DNA of 64,000 nt from the human T2T-CHM13v2.0 reference genome, Homo sapiens. The stretch lies in assembly GCF_009914755.1 (NCBI RefSeq), contig NC_060940.1; one strand, written 5' to 3'. Positions 1 to 18,329 of the stretch are shown here, one piece after another. The position numbers and the translations under genes are program-made. Under the pieces are notes generated by a model. That model ran no database searches and was not told the origin of the DNA. It was given only the letters and a program-made list of their open reading frames with translations. How positions within the stretch are numbered: the stretch's first letter is position 1; each line of letters opens with the position of its first letter.

Positions 1-306
<306 letters not shown>

Positions 307-1892
307 TCATCTCCTTTGCCTCACGGTCTAGGGGCCTCCTGGGTGACCTGGGGCATCTGACGCTTGCCTGCCAAGGAGGACCAAGGACTGGTAAGAATTT
401 CTTAAGTGAAAATTTGTCAATGATAGAATAATAATGAAGAAAATTCAGCAATTGCCTCCAGAGAATTTTGTTTTAGAGGAGCTCTCCAACTGTCCAGGGT
501 GACTGGCAAGAATGGCAGGAATAAATAGCTTTTTTAATGAAAATCTCTTGCTACATGGTTAAGTGCTACGGGGAAATCAAAGAATCATGAGAGAACTGGA
601 CAGGGACTCTGTGAGAGTCTCCTGAGAGGGACTCTCAGCAAAACCAACACTGTCTTGAGCTGTGGAGGAAAAAGGCAAATGATAATAAAAGACTTAGTCT
701 GTGTTACAAATAACTGGAGCAACATCTTCATTTTTCATCTGTAAGTTAAAGGAACTGGACCGGATCATCTGTCAGCTCCCCCTTCCGAGCTCTCAACATC
801 CTACGATTCTAGTTGGAGATAAAAGAATATTCACCAGCAAATGTTTACAAATGGGAGGGGGAAGGGGAAAGACGCTGATGCAGAGCAAGGACGGGGAGGG
901 CAGGGCTGGCGGGGTGAGAGCTGCGGCCGCAGGCTGGCAGCCGCCCCACCTCCTGTTCCATTATAATCTTATTTTGGTTATGTTGATACAACACAATCTG
1001 TCCTTCCAAGTGATCACCGGAGTCCAGATATTTCTGTCAAGTCAGCCAACCAGGAAGGGGCTGCAGACAAAGTGCGGCAACAGGGACTCCACCAGGCCAT
1101 GGAGCTCATCCCACAAGACGCCTCACCGCACAGGAGGGCTGACCCCAGGGAAACGTGTCACCAGGACACAGCACGAAGCTCAAAAGGGGCTAGCATGCTC
1201 TGTGCAGCTGCCAGACTCTGCCCTGAAGAATCACAGGGCACTCTAGTGAGCGCTGCAGCAGCCAGCAGGCCCTGGATGGCCAGGTGTGCAGTGGGGAGGC
1301 ACAGGGGGTGCACCAGGACGCAGCCAGACCTGGGCCAGTTCGCGCCGACTCTTCTCCATTCCAGAGGTCCAGGAAGCACCTGTCAATGTGGAAGTCAGAA
1401 TGCTCAGGCCAAATACCGAGATCAACTAACTATCCAGGTTGAACCAGAGGCCTGGGCGGGGGCATCCAACTGCCCACCCGTCAGACTGAGGGACGCGTCA
1501 CCCCAGGCCACAGCCCTCCAGAATGCAGTACAACCACTAGGTATGACTTATCAGCTACAGTGAACTCCGGGAGGAAATCCCACCGCTGATACCATCATTT
1601 AGTTTCACTTTGCAGATTACAAAACATTTTATCTGGTGGCTCATGCCTGTAATCCCAGCACTTTGGGAGGCCAGGGCAGGCGGATTACCTGAGCTCAGGA
1701 GTTAGAGACCAGCCTGGGCAACATGGCGAGAGCCCATCTCTACAAAGAATACAATAATTAGCCAGGCATGGTGGCACACTACTCAGGAGGCTGAGGTGGG
1801 AAGATCATCTGAGTCCAGGAGGTCGAGCCTGCAGTGGGCCAAGATAACACCACTGCAATCCAGCCTGAGTGACAGAGCGAGACCCCGTCTCT

Positions 1893-1895
<3 letters not shown>

Positions 1896-1929
<34 letters not shown>
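1896..1929. repeat. (AT)17 microsatellite at an Alu tail
   Basis: Direct reading. Confidence 0.95.
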
Positions 1930-1932
<3 letters not shown>

Positions 1933-2959
1933 GCAGGCCACCCAATAATTACAGCATTTTCTGTGAGGATATAAAGGTCTTTGCAGTGATGACAGAAAGA
2001 GAAAACCAATTTGCTTTAAGGCGAGATTCAAACTGGGAGTAGAAGGAGGTAAACAGAGGCAGGCGGAATGAGCCTCTGGGCCAGGCCAAGGGGTCAGGAC
2101 TTCTGCTGCAGGCAGAGGGGAGCCTCAAAAGGCTCCTGAGCAGGGGCAGCGAGCTCCCTGGCAAGGCAGTGGCTCTCAACCCCTCAGACCAATCCCACTC
2201 CTTAAAACAAATATTACTAACACGTCCTAGATCCTCATGAAAGCAAAGAAACGATTCTACACACAATTGTAAACAATTAATATTGCCCTAATTGTAACAG
2301 GAAGGAATACAGAAATCCATCAAGGTACGTTTTGACATGTGATGCTCAGGTGAGACTTCAGCAGAGCCAGGCCGCTCTGGGCGTGGTCCAGGGACCTGCA
2401 GCATGGCCTCCTTGGGAGCTCGGCAGGGAGTCCCAGGCATCACCATCTCAGCAAGATACCCGGGATGGCTGGAGGAGCCCTGCACGGGCTGTGAACATCT
2501 CTGCCCATGCGGCCCACCATATTCAGCGCTGCCATGGTAACATGCATTTCCAAACAATTTCTGGAAAAGTTCTGAGCAAAATACACTTTTCTCTTAGTTG
2601 ACAATGTATGAAACAACTGTATGAAAAACGCTGGGTGTAGGCCGGGCAAGGTGGTTCACGCCTGTAATCCCAGCACTTTGGGAGGCCAGGCAAATCACTT
2701 GAGGTCAGGAGTTCAAGGCCAGCCTGGCCAACATGGTGAAACCCGGTCTCTATTGAAAATACAAAAATTAGCCGGGTGTGGTGGCAGCCACCTGTAATCC
2801 CAGCTACTCAGGAGGCTGAGGCAGAAGAATCGCTGGGAATCCGGGAGGCGGAGGTTGCCGTGAGCCAAGATTGCGCCACTGCACTCCAGCCTGGGCAACA
2901 GTGTGAGACTGCTTCTCAAAAACACAAAACAAAACAAAAAACAAATCGGTCAACGTCAC

Positions 2960-3260
2960 CAAAACCAAGCAGAGTCTAACAAACTGTCACAGCCCAGAGG
3001 AGGCACGAGGACTGAATGCCACGGGGGCTCCCAGATGGGATTCTGGGAGAAGAAAAGGATGTGAGTGAAAACTGCGGAAATCTGAACCAAGTGCAGGCGT
3101 GGTTAATCATAACACATCATTATTGGTTTGTTAACTGTGACAAATATGCCATACTAAGAGAAGACGGTCACAACTGGGGAAATCAGAGCATATGGGAACT
3201 CTCTGCCCTTCCTTGCAATTTTTTAATAAATCCTATAATATTTAGTTTATTTAGGAAAAA
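2960..3260 (+). mobile_element. Old L1 (L1MD/ME-like) 3' fragment
   Basis: TTAACTGTGACAAAT...ATATGGGAACTCTCTG...TTGCAATTTTT pattern. Confidence 0.55.
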
Positions 3261-5707
3261 ATAATGCTCCTTATCATAAAACACCTCCTAGGAGGCAACA
3301 CCCACGGCTGTGGTGGCAAGGGCCCAGACAGAGGTGAAGAGAGCGGGCAAGATCAGAGCAGAGCAGTGCAGAGGCCTGGAAACGCCCAGAGTGGGAAGGG
3401 CCCTGAGCACTCCAGGTGTGGCAGAGCTGGGAGGGCAGAGCTGGGAGGCAAAGGGAGGCATGCAGGGGTCACCTGGAAACAGCCAGGGAGCAGGACTGGC
3501 TTTCAGGAAAGGAGTGGACACAGAGATTGCCACTGACGAAAAATGGGAAAATATTTATGTACCACAGTTGCTGGTAAAGAAACTGATGAAAGAGCTCCAG
3601 CCAACAGGATCATCCACGATGGGCTGCTACATGGAGAGAGGGGAGGCAGAGGGCAGACGGGCCGGCTGCTGGGAGTGTGACGTCCACTCTTCTGCAAAGA
3701 AAGGGGCACACACATCTAGGGGTAGATGGAGCACTCTCTGGCGACCTCCAAAATAGCAATGCGGAAAATAAAAAAGAAACAACAAGACGGGCGCAAGGGC
3801 TCACACTTGTAATCCCAGCACTTTGGGAGGCCAAGGCAGAAGGCTTGCTTGAACCCAGGAGTTCAAGACCAATCTGAGCAACACAGTGAGACCCCAGCTC
3901 TACAAAATTTTTTTTAAAAATTAGCCAGGCACAGTGGCACACCTGTAACACCGGCAGTTTGATGTGGGAGGATTCTTGAGCCCAGGAGTTCAAGGCTGCT
4001 GTGAGTGACAATCAAGCCACTGCACTCCAGCCTGGGCAACACAGTGAGACCCTGTCTCAAAAAAATAAATAAATAAACAAACAAACAGAAAGAAATATGG
4101 TGTTTGTGAATCCAAAGCAGGGATGAAATGATACTTGCATGTAACATGGGTTGTCAATCTGAGGGACTGTGGGTTGTCAATATCCCTGCAGACCACTCAC
4201 CCTCAGACCAGCTCAGTGGGTCACACTCACTGAAGTCAGGAAATAATAACAACTGGCCTACCTGCTCTCACTGAGCCGAGCTCCGCACCAACCCCCGACC
4301 ACTGAAGCACATCAAGATTCCCAGGGGGGTCCTGCCAGTGCCCTGATGATCAGGTGGCTCTTCCTGAGACCCACCAGTCAGCTGCCACTATTTCCTCTGA
4401 CTCTCCATAAGTACTTTATCCTCTTCTTACACAAATGATGCACTTCAAAATCGTTAGTTACTGCATAATGAGACTGGAGCTTCAGTTTGCTGCGTGGTTT
4501 AAAGGACAGCCCCTTTCCAGGTTCCAGATGCCACCAGTGCACATGACACCTCACTGACAAAGGAGTCTGGACTGGGGGTGCTTCTCCTCTGACGCATTTT
4601 CGTAGTTGCCTTAATGCTGCAGACAAGATGCTCTGATTCCCTGCGCCAACGGCCAGATGGGTGGACACCGGAAAACGCATCCATTTGTGCTTGTTGTTTA
4701 TGCCGCCTGAAGTCATAAGCCAGTCCTCTGCAAGCCATCAATACTGTTCCTGAGGCAGTTTATCTTTGCTCAGATTGCTGAAGGCTGGTGACTTAGTTTC
4801 ATGAATTTTCACTGAGCCCAATGCATCCTCTAACCTGTCAGAAACAATGCACGTAGCCTTTTATTAACTGCTTGGACTTCTGAATGAGTCCAAGGTTTTT
4901 AGCTAGGATAGCCACATCAACAGAGCCCATGGCCACCATCATTCTCTGTATACCTCACCAGCAAATGTATTGCTAATACCAAGTAGGAGATGAAATCAAC
5001 AACTTGATAAAGCATCCACAAAAATGCTATTCAAATTCAGAAGAAAAGCAAAATGATGGCACAGTGCTAATGAATACAACAATCCTTAGTGGGTTTTTCC
5101 TACTGTCACCAAAAGGTCACGACAAATGAACCAGAGGAGAATAAATGTCATTCTGACCCAACTGCTCCTTTAAGTAATGTTCGATATTTTCCACATGATG
5201 AAAAAAGTCTTTTAAAAAATAGGGGTTAAGAACAATTACACATCCTTTTATTGTTCTATAAACCTTCTCATAAGTCATCAAGGGAAACTGCCCTTAACAC
5301 AGCTCTCAGGCCAGTGTCCTTTCCAGCAACTATGCACCCTTCCTTCCAGAAAGACTGGCAAGTGATAACTCCCATCCTGCTGCACAGATCCAACCCAACT
5401 CCAGACGGCCAGCACGACCTGTGCTGCCTACCCGCTTCCAGGCAACAGGTTCAGTGTTGCAGGCTGTTAATGCACAGTGTGCTTGCTAAAAGTTTCCTTA
5501 CTAATCTATTTCCTTTTTTTTTTTTTTTTTGCCTTTATAAGAGGAAGTGTGCTGGGTAATTATCCATCTTAATAGTTTCAGAAAGAGGAACAGATAACCT
5601 CAGTCCAACATGATTGGAGGTTGGCAAAATCTACTGAAGCAGCTGTTCTGATTGCTAAGGATTTAATTTAGATAGTTTCTTTGTTTTTTGTTTATTTGTC
5701 TTTTTGA

Positions 5708-5869
<162 letters not shown>

Positions 5870-6069
5870 TAGTAGTGACGGGGTTTCGCCATGTCTCGAA
5901 CTCCTGACCTCAAGTGATCTGCCTGCCTCGGCCTCCCAAAGTGCTAGGAATACAGGCGTGAACCACTGCACCCGGCCTTTATTTTTTTTATTTTTTATTT
6001 TTTTCATTTCCTCTTGTAAGAGGTCATCTTCTGATTGGAATATGTGAAGTGGCAATTTAGTTTTGTTAT

Positions 6070-6660
6070 CATGGTAAAAATAAACATAAAAGCTACCATT
6101 TTACCCACTGTTGACTGTACGGCTCACGGGGACTCAGCACCTCCATATCGCCGTGCAGCCTCCTCCACCATCCACGTGAAGAACCTTTTCATCTTCCCAG
6201 ACAAACTGTCCCCATGGAGCGGCAACTCCACACTTCCCCAGCCCCGTCCTCGGCACCCACCATTCTGCCTTCTGTCTCTCTGCTTTTGACTACTCTAAGA
6301 CACCTCATCCAAGTGGAAGCATGCCGTACTTGTCCTTTGGTGACAGTTTATTTCACTTAGCATAATGTCCTTCAGCTGCGTGCATCATCAGGATTTCCTT
6401 CCTTTTTAAGAATGGATTGTATTCCAGCCTGCAGGGACCACGCTGTGTTCATCCGTTTATTCATGGATGAGCACCTGGGATGGCTCCGCCTTTTGGCTAC
6501 TGTGAATAAAACTGCTTCAGACATAGGTGTCAAGATATCTGAGTCCCTTCCTTTCTTTTATGGGGGGAATATACCCAGAAGGAGACTTTTTAGATCAGAT
6601 GGTATTTCTAAGTTTAAATTTTTTAGGAACTACAATACTGTTTTCCACAGCGTGACTATT
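6070..6660 (-). mobile_element. Old L1 (L1MB-like) 3' fragment
   Basis: Motifs such as TTATTTCACTTAGCATAATGTCC, TTTTGGCTACTGTGAATAA, ATACCCAGAAG, TACTGTTTTCCACAGCG. Confidence 0.7.
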
Positions 6661-8872
6661 TTTCATAAATTTCTCTTGTTTTTGAGACAGGGTCTCACTT
6701 TCTGTCAGCCAGGCGACAGACTGAGACTCCGTCTCAAAAATAAATAAATAAATAAGAAAATTTCAAAAAAAAAAATGCTATTTAAAAGCTGTTTTGCCAA
6801 GAGGAACAAAACAGCCCAGTGACCTGACCTGAGTCCAGCTACACTGAAGCTGTGCCCTTTCATGACTCAACTGCCAGGGGCCACCAACCTCTGCACACCA
6901 TCTTCTTGTCCAACAGAGCTCATTGCTGAGTGGTGGCACTTACTGGAAACCCCGTCCCTGCAGCACAGGCCTGAATGGGGCCTGCATCTAGTCCATCTCT
7001 CTGGTGGGAATGCTTTGGAAGAGCCCTTACTGTCCCCCTGTCCCACTCTCCCCTCCCTCTCAGGGGCCCGGGGAAGACTCATCTGCTTCGTGAGCACCCC
7101 CTACCCCTGGGAAGGGAAGATGAAGAGGACGGGAGGTGGCAGCCTGGCCAGCGTGGCCGAGCCCGCACTCAGCACACTGGGATGGGAGGGACAGGGACAC
7201 ACAGAGTCACTATTCTGTGCACGGCACTGGCACTAGGGGGACTGCAGTAAGAAGGCACTTGGCATCTTCCTCCCAAAAGCACCACTTGAGAAAGGCACCA
7301 GACTAAGATGCCATCTGGGGCAACTTGGCAGGTGCCTGAGTGTGGAGAGAGCTTTGCCCAGCCCTGGGGCAGTCGACACCAGGGACTGCAGTCAGCACTG
7401 CAGAGTTCAGCTGGTAGGGCTGCGCCAGCCACCAGGCCGCCAGACCCAGGGGAATAGGAGCCTGTGGGTGGGGATGACTGAGGAGGCAGTGGGGTGACCC
7501 TGGGCATGCAGGCAGGGAACCCGAGGGAGAGGGCCCTGTGAGACAGGCAGAGGCAGCCACTGCGGCCCCTGGGACACTGCTGGGCCTCAGCCTCCCTGGA
7601 GCAGAGTGAAGCCAGGAGCAGAGGGGGCGGCGAGTGCTGAGGGACCTGCTGGCTGGTGTCCTACCCGCTTTACACTCAGTTTTCCAAATAAAACCAAAAG
7701 ACGACACTGATTGGAAAGACTGCGTTTGTACTTGCGCTAAATTAGGGGATAATTACAATCCATAGGAAACATGGCTTAAATTTTTCTGCTTCTGAGGCTA
7801 AAAAGGAAGTTAAGGCACAGGGAATGAGCTGGCGGTGGCAGGGGGGACATGCCCCCGGGCTCCAAGAACAGCGCCCCAACTGCGGCCCGGCACTCCCCAA
7901 CACTCCCAGCTCTGCAGCCACCAGCCTGACTGCATGGAAAACTTGCTGTTTTTAAATAATGCAGCAGATCTGCAAACACTCCCACAGCCAGCATCCCCTC
8001 AGGATAGAATGGAAAAAACAAAGCCTGGGCGCAGCCCCCAGGCATCTCCTATCAAACATCAGAGTATGTGGGTGCTAAACAATGAGGTGACCACTGAGCC
8101 AGCGTAGCTCCTGCTCAAACAATCTCATCCCTGCAATGACAGTCGCCATGTGGACAGGAGACTTGAGAAGACTGCCTCCTCCAGCCAGGACTTCCGCCCC
8201 TCCTCTGGCACCCACGACAGGCACCCACTGGCCAAGGGAGTCCCCTCTCGCTAAGATGCAGTGGTCATCCCCGATACCACTCCTTCCCAAAGGGCACAAG
8301 CAATCACTCGGTGACACTGTTCACGACCCTTCTGTGAGTCTGACTCTACAATCCTATCACCCAGGACCTTCCCGAGATTTCAAATGCGTCCTCTTCCTCC
8401 ATTCATGCCAGGCAGGCCTGACGAGTCGTGGCTAATTCTCTCCATCACCCCGGTGGCCAGGGACGGCGTTCCTGTCAAAGGACGCTGACCCAGAAAGGGG
8501 AGAGACAGCAGGGACACACTTGTTTTTTGAGAGGACACTCGTTCCCCTGCAAGATCCCAAGATGCCCTGTGTGTACATGGCCTTTCCAGACAGAAAGACA
8601 AACCCCAGACCCTCAGATGCATTACGTCATTGCATTACAAACAGGATCAGTGAGCGCGCAGCGCCAGGACCTCTAGCAACCAATTAGTTCTGCTGGGCAA
8701 GTCTCAGGGAGTGTCCCATGACAAGTGGGGAAGGGGAAACCTCGACTCAACACCTTCCGGGTGCCAGATTCACTTTTGTTTTTAAATTTTTTTTTTTTAA
8801 GTTAAAAAAAAATAGTCTTAAAAAATGTTTGGGCTGGGTGCAGTGGCTCATGTATGTAATCCCAGCACTTTA

Positions 8873-9121
<249 letters not shown>

Positions 9122-10235
9122 CTAATAAGCACCATTTTCCTTTATTCTCCTTGTGCTTTGCTAAGTGAAATGACTACGTTTCTCTAGACAGTGGTGGATG
9201 ATATTCAACTTGCAAAAATATAGAGAACTGCCCTCCTTCCCATTGAAAAGGCAGAGGAAAAGGAAAAAGGCTTTCCCCACAGTGCTGAGACCCCACTGTA
9301 TGTCAGGACACGGGCCAGTGTTCCCATCTCCTGGCTCAGTCATGGTGTTGCTACTGCCTGGACAGTGCGTTTATCCAGCTGCCCACCCGCCACCCATTCC
9401 ATCAGAACCAGTGGGCTCAACAACTGTCTGCTAACAAGAATCATGAAGCATTTCTTTTTGTTTTTTTAGAGGTAGGGTCTCACTCCATCACTCAGGCTGG
9501 AGTGCAGTGGTAAGATCGCAGGTCACTGCAGACTCAAACTCCTGGGCTCATGTGATTCTCCCACTTCAGCCACCTGAGTAGCTGGGGCCACAGGCGTGTG
9601 CCACCACACCTGGTTAATTTCCTTTTTTTTTTTTTTTTTTGAGACAGAGTCTCACTCTGTCACCAGGGCTGGAGTGCAGTGGTGTGATCTTGGCTCACTG
9701 CAACCTCTGCCTCCTGGGTTCAAGCACTTAGTTCTTCTGCCTCAGCCTCCCAAGTAGCTGGGACTACAGGCACGCCACCACACCCCACTAATTTTTGTAC
9801 TTTCTGTAGAGACGGGGTTTCACCATATTGACCAGGCTGGTCTCGAAATACTGACCTCAGGTGATCTACCCGCCTCAGCCTCCCAAAGTGCTGGGATTAC
9901 AGGCGTGAGCCACTGCACCCGGCCTCTTTTTTCACATGGCCTTGCCATGTTGCCCAGGCTGGTCTCCAACTCCTGGCCTCAGGTGATCCTCCTGCCTCAG
10001 CCTCCCAAAGTGCTGAGATAACAGATGTGATCCACAACACCCAGCCAATTCCTGAAGCTGGCCGGGCACAGTGGCTCACGCCTGTAATCCCAGCACTTTG
10101 GGAGGCCGAGGCGGGCAGATCACAAGGTCAGGAGATCGAGACCATCTTGGCTAACACAGTGAAACCCTGTCTCTACTAAAAATACAAAAAAATTAGCCGA
10201 GCATGGTGTCGGGTGCCTGTAGTCCCAGCTACTCA

Positions 10236-10352
<117 letters not shown>

Positions 10353-10794
10353 TTATATATATACATATATACACACACATACATACCTGAATATATATAT
10401 ACACATACATACCTGAAGCCAACTTTTCTTTTTTTTTTTTGACAGGGTCTCACTTTGTCATCCAGGCTGGAGTGCAGCGGTATGAACAAGCTCACTGCAG
10501 CCTTGAACTCCTGGGCACAAGCAATCCTCCAGCCTCCCTCAGCCTCCGGAGGAACTGGGACTACAGGTGTGCACCACCACACCCTAAAGCCAAGTTTTAA
10601 ACCACTAACTTGTCCCTTTCACTTCTTCCCGAGATGACCCCTCCAGTTTCAGCCACGTTTAACCAAAGCCATAGCTCTCATACTGTGCATCAGCAAATCA
10701 AAAGAGAACAGAAATAGCACTTTCTTCTGCATTCAAAAACAACATTAAACGCTGGCTTTAAATTTCTCATTTTTATCATACAGATCAAACAGTA

Positions 10795-11440
10795 CAGATG
10801 CTTTTCAACTTGTGACAGGATTACATTCCAATAAACCCACTGTAAATATGAAGGCCGGGCATGGTGGTTCACACCTGTAATGCACTTTGGGAGACCAAGG
10901 CAGGAGGTTCCCTTGAGGCCAGGACTTCCAGACCAGCCCGGGCAACACTGTGAGAACCCATCTCTACAAAAAATACAAAAAATGTAGCCAGGTGTGGTGG
11001 CACATGCCTACAGTCCCAACTACTTGAGAGGCTAAGGCAGGAGGATTCCTCGAGCCTAGGAGGTCAAAGTTGCCGTGAGCCATGATCGCGCCACTACACT
11101 CCAACCTGAGCAACAGAGGCCCTGTCTCCACAAAAAGAAAAAAAAAAAAAGAGAGGAAAATGTGGTAAGTTGAAAATGCACTGACTACTTGACTACCCCT
11201 AACCTACGGAACATCACAGCTTAGCCTAGCCCACCTTAAATGAACTCAGAAAACTTAGCCTACAGCTGCGCAAAATCATCGAAAATCGCTTTATTGTATA
11301 ATAAAGCGTTGACTATCTTGTGATTTATTGGGTACTGCACTGAAAGTGGAAACAGAATGGCTGCATGGGCACGCGCAGCAGTTCCTACTGAATGTGTGTC
11401 ACTCTCATGCCAGCCGGACAGTCCTAAGCCCGACTGTCTG
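10795..11440 (+). mobile_element. Tigger3a/MER7-like DNA transposon MITE interrupted by an AluJ-like element (~10853-11155)
   Basis: TA-CAGATG...GTCTG-TA ends; internal CCTAACCTACGGAACATCACAGCTTAGCCTAGCC typical of Tigger3. Confidence 0.75.
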
Positions 11441-11727
11441 TATAGGAAAAGGGTATTTCTAGCGATGATGAAATTTAGACCCACCTTAGGCTTACAACAG
11501 ACAAAAATGTTGTACAAATAGTATTCCACGTAACATTAAAGTATTTACCATTCACGGAGAAAACGGCAAGCTATGAATTCTAAATTCAAAACTGGGCACT
11601 GCAGGGACCATGCTGGCTAGTGTGCCTCACTCTCCGGAGTTCAGGGAGGAGTACGCGCCTGAGTCATTCCTGTTTTTAAATGTAATCTTTTGTTATTATT
11701 TGAATATTTTTATTCAGAATGATGCTA

Positions 11728-12405
<678 letters not shown>

Positions 12406-13081
12406 AATGAACAGTGCCAAAATGGGCTGGCATTTCACAACACATCAACTAAAAGGGCAACGACTAACCAAAACAAGCCCAGGCAGGGCCACGGCAAGAG
12501 AGGCAGCCAGCTCCTGCCCCAGCACCCCAGAAAGTGAAGGCTTCTTTATATTCCTCAGGCAAGGAACTGCCAGAGGCCGAGGGCGACACATCAAAGAAGG
12601 GTCCCACACCCACCCTGCCAGGCCCTGCAGGCTGGAGTGAGTTTGGTTTTGTTTCCTATCCGGAGAAGGAGCCCTTATTTGTGATCTGCCTGCCCCAACA
12701 TCAGAAGTACAGACATGGCTTTCAGTGGGAACTCCCTTCACCTGCCCAAAGAAACACTATTAGAAAAGATTTAACCCACCAGCTCCAAGCTGCCCCTGCC
12801 GCCACCCTCAGCCTGAGTCACTCCACTTCCCCACATGCAGGGGCCAGAGAGGCCACAGTAGTATAAAAATAACCAACTTACTATTGCCAACAGGACAATG
12901 GAAATCTTCAGCTTCTCACTGACCAAACATATTATAAATAACCACCTCATTTCCAGTTGCCAGTGTATTCCCCCTGCCCTCCACTGCCACAGCATCCTAT
13001 CCCTTTAGAAAGAGCCTTAAACACGCAAGCCTCACCCACATCCTAAAGTCAGTCATGGCCCAAAATTATCTGAAGCATTAA

Positions 13082-13472
<391 letters not shown>

Positions 13473-15633
13473 TAAATGGCAGAAAGTATTCAACATCTGT
13501 GAAAAGAAGAAAATAAACACAGAAAGCAGACAAGTTGAAACTGGGTGGTAAACACAGAAATCAGCCTCACTCACCAACCCCCAAGACACTAAAAAGTGGA
13601 GCCACCCTTATACCTCTGCCAGGACGCCAGGTGGGCAAGGACCATGCACCTCCCAGGCAGCCCAAGCTCTGCTCCTCCTCACAAGGCTGGGGCCAGCCCT
13701 GTTTCTCACTTGAACTGGCCTGCCCTTGGCCTTATCAGTATCCACCATAACGAAATGTTAGGAAAGATGAAGTTTCAGGGCTCAGAAAACTAAGACCCGA
13801 TCTATCTCATATACGACTATTCCTATCTGTATTTCCAAGCACAATTAGACTAACAAAGTAAGACACCTGTAATACCACACAGGCTTGCCCACGGTCTGAT
13901 ACCTGACCTAGATGAGGTGGAATTAAAGCTGCCACAATGAACTCGTGAAACTGAAAATCTAGTTGTTTACCACGTTCGTAACTTTGGGGTGTAAACTGAT
14001 CATTTAAGCATAAAGTTTGAAATCTATAATTTTGATTAAAGTTGGAAATTTTAGGCTGGGGACGGTGGCTCACGCCAGTAATCCTAGCACTATGGGAGGC
14101 CGAGGCGGGCAGACCACTTGAGCCCAGGAGTTCCAGACCAGCCTGGGCAACGTGGTAAAAATCTGTCTCTACAAAAAGATACAAAAATTAGCCAGGTGTG
14201 TTGGCACGTGCCTATAGTCTCAGCTACTCAGGAGGCTGAGGTGGGAGGATCATTTACGCCGGAGAAGTCAAGGCCACAGTGAGCCATAATAGCGCCACTA
14301 CACTCCAACCTGGGTGACATCACGAGGGAGACCCTGTCTCAAAAAAGTTGGAAATTTTGCCAAAGTCACTATAAATGAAGTTGAAAAGCAAATGACTATA
14401 GACAATGAGAAAATGTTTTTCAATATATTAAACAATCCAGATGCAGCAGCTCACGCCTGTAATCCCAGTACTTTAGGAGGCCAAGGTGGGCAGATCACTT
14501 GAGGCCACGAGTTCAAGACCAGCGGGGGCAACACAGTGAGACCCCATCTCTACAAAATAATACAAAAAAATTAGCTGGGTGTGGTGGTGCACGCCTGTAC
14601 TCCCAGCTTCTTGGGAGGCTGAGGTGGGAGGATTACTTCAGCCAGGGAGGTTGAGGCTGTAGTGAGCTGTGACTGCACCACTACACTCTAGCCTGGGTGA
14701 CAGAAAGAGACCCAGTCTCAAAAAAAAAAAAGAAAAAACATGTATATATAAAAAAACAGAAATCTAGGCCAGGCACAGTGGCTCATGCCTGTAATCCCAG
14801 CACTTTGGGAGCCCGAGGCAGGCGGATCACCTGAGGTTGGGAGTTCGAGACCAGCCTGACCAACCTGGAGAAACCCCATCTCTACTAAAAATACAAAAAA
14901 TTAGCCAAGCATGGTGGTGCACACCTGTAATCCCAGTTATTCAGGAGGCTGAGGCAGGAGAACTGCTTGAACCCGGGAGGCAGAGGTTGCGGTGAGCCAA
15001 GATAGCGCCATTGCACTACAGCCTGGGCAACAAGAGCAAAACTCCATCTCAAAAAAAAAAACAAAACAAAACCAGAAATCTATCCAGATTACATAAATAA
15101 AATCCACAAATCAAAGAAAGGAAAAAAGAAGCAAAAATGAAAGATAAATAAAATAAATCCAAATGATCAATAAATATATTTTTTAAATGTGCACCCTCAC
15201 TAGTTATCAGGCAAATGCAAAATAAAATGGCACAAAATAAAAATGCAAAATAAATGGTGAATAAAATTCACCCAAATTGGCATCGATTTTTAAAGAGGAA
15301 TCATTAAAATTAGAGAGAACTTAGCGGAATTAGAGAATTCACTGGATTAAATGAGAAACTTAAAGTGCTGGCAGCTACTGTGCAATACTGCATCCGGGCA
15401 GTTAAGTTTCTCCTTCTGGGACTTGCCCATCCATGGCCTGGTGACAGGGGTACAAAGGGAAATCACTCTGGGAAGCACCTAGCAAAACTGCTTATCTCAC
15501 CCCTGCCTACCCAGGCAACACCACTCCTGGATATAATCCTCAGAAAAATGTTCAAATATATACGCATCCTGGCTGGGCGCGGTGGCTCACGCCTGTAATC
15601 CCAGCACTTTGGGAGGCAGAGGCGGGTGGATCA

Positions 15634-16778
<1,145 letters not shown>

Positions 16779-16987
16779 CGCATACCATTTAAAAAGACAG
16801 AACTAAAATGTATTAACATGAATAGAACTTAAAAATACAACTTGGGCCACTGCACTCCAGCCTGGGCAAGAGAGCGAGACTCCGCTCCAAAAGAAAAAAA
16901 AAAAAAAAGGCCTGCCGCGGTGGCTCACGCCTGTAATCCCAGCACTTTGGGAGGCCGAGGCAGGCAGATCACAAGGTGAGGATATCA

Positions 16988-17185
<198 letters not shown>

Positions 17186-18329
17186 TCAAAAAAAAAAAAA
17201 AAAAAAAGACAAAGGAACCAAAAGCAAATATGACAAATGATTTAAGTCCTTTATTGGGGATGGCCGGAAATATGCCTGGTTCATCATTTTTGTTTTTCAT
17301 GGGTTTTTTTTGCGAAAGGGTCTCACTCTGTCACCCGGACTGGAGTGCAGTAGCATGTTCACAGCTCACTGCAGCCTCGACCGCCTCAGGGTCAGGTGAT
17401 CCTCCCACCTCAGCCTTCCACAGGCACGCACCACCATGACTGGCTAACTTTTGTATTTTTTGTAGAGATGGGTTTTACCATGTTGCCGAGGCTGGTCTTG
17501 AACTCCTGGGCTCAAGTGATCTGCCAGCCTTGGCCTGCCAAAGTGTGTTTTTAATGTCTCAAAATGAGAATTCTCACGTTAGCAGGTCACTTGGGTGAAC
17601 AAGATGCTTTCATTCTACATCACGGTGTCTGGTGTCCCAGGACAGCTGCGCTGAGAACCGCAGCAGTGGGAAAGAAAGGATTGAAGGGTCCTATATCTGT
17701 CCCCAGTCGCTTTCTACATCTCCATCAGGACTTTTCACATTTCTGTTAGTAATTCTAAGAATTTATTCTGAGTTGTAATTCCGGTTGTTCTATTCTACAG
17801 TATACCTTTGAATTTTTGATTACACAAAAAACCTTGTTATCCCTCTGCTGAGCCATATATACCTTACGGTTTCCCAAACAAACCCCCCAGAGGTCACCAC
17901 ACAGGTCTGGCCGCCTAATGGAGAAACTTCAAAGCACAACGACACATCCTTGGGGAATCTGAGTCTTACAGCTACACAAAGTGCAAACCAGAGCAAATGG
18001 GTAGACTTCACAGGGAAAGAGAAAGTGGAACTGCCTTTGTCTCAATCTTAAAATGTAAAAAGAACTTCACTTTCCATGTACATGACAAAAATCTTGTATT
18101 ACTAATACTCAGTTCTCACAATTTGTAAGACAAAAATAGACACTCTAAGAGAAAAAGACAAAAATAGACATCTTAAGAGAAAAAAGACCAAAAAAAGCCA
18201 CAAATAAGGAATTCGCAAAAAGGCACAATAAAAATAGCCAAGAATCATCAACACCCACTAGCTACCATTTAGGGGAGAGGGCTTCACAGGCATCACCTAC
18301 CTCATTCACCCTCCAAGCACCTCCGGGAG

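Noticed and set aside
701-1563. Overlapping 181-aa and 163-aa ORFs antisense in FBXO31 intron 1
   Set aside because: No recognisable domain or splice structure; GTG starts; length compatible with chance in GC-rich DNA.
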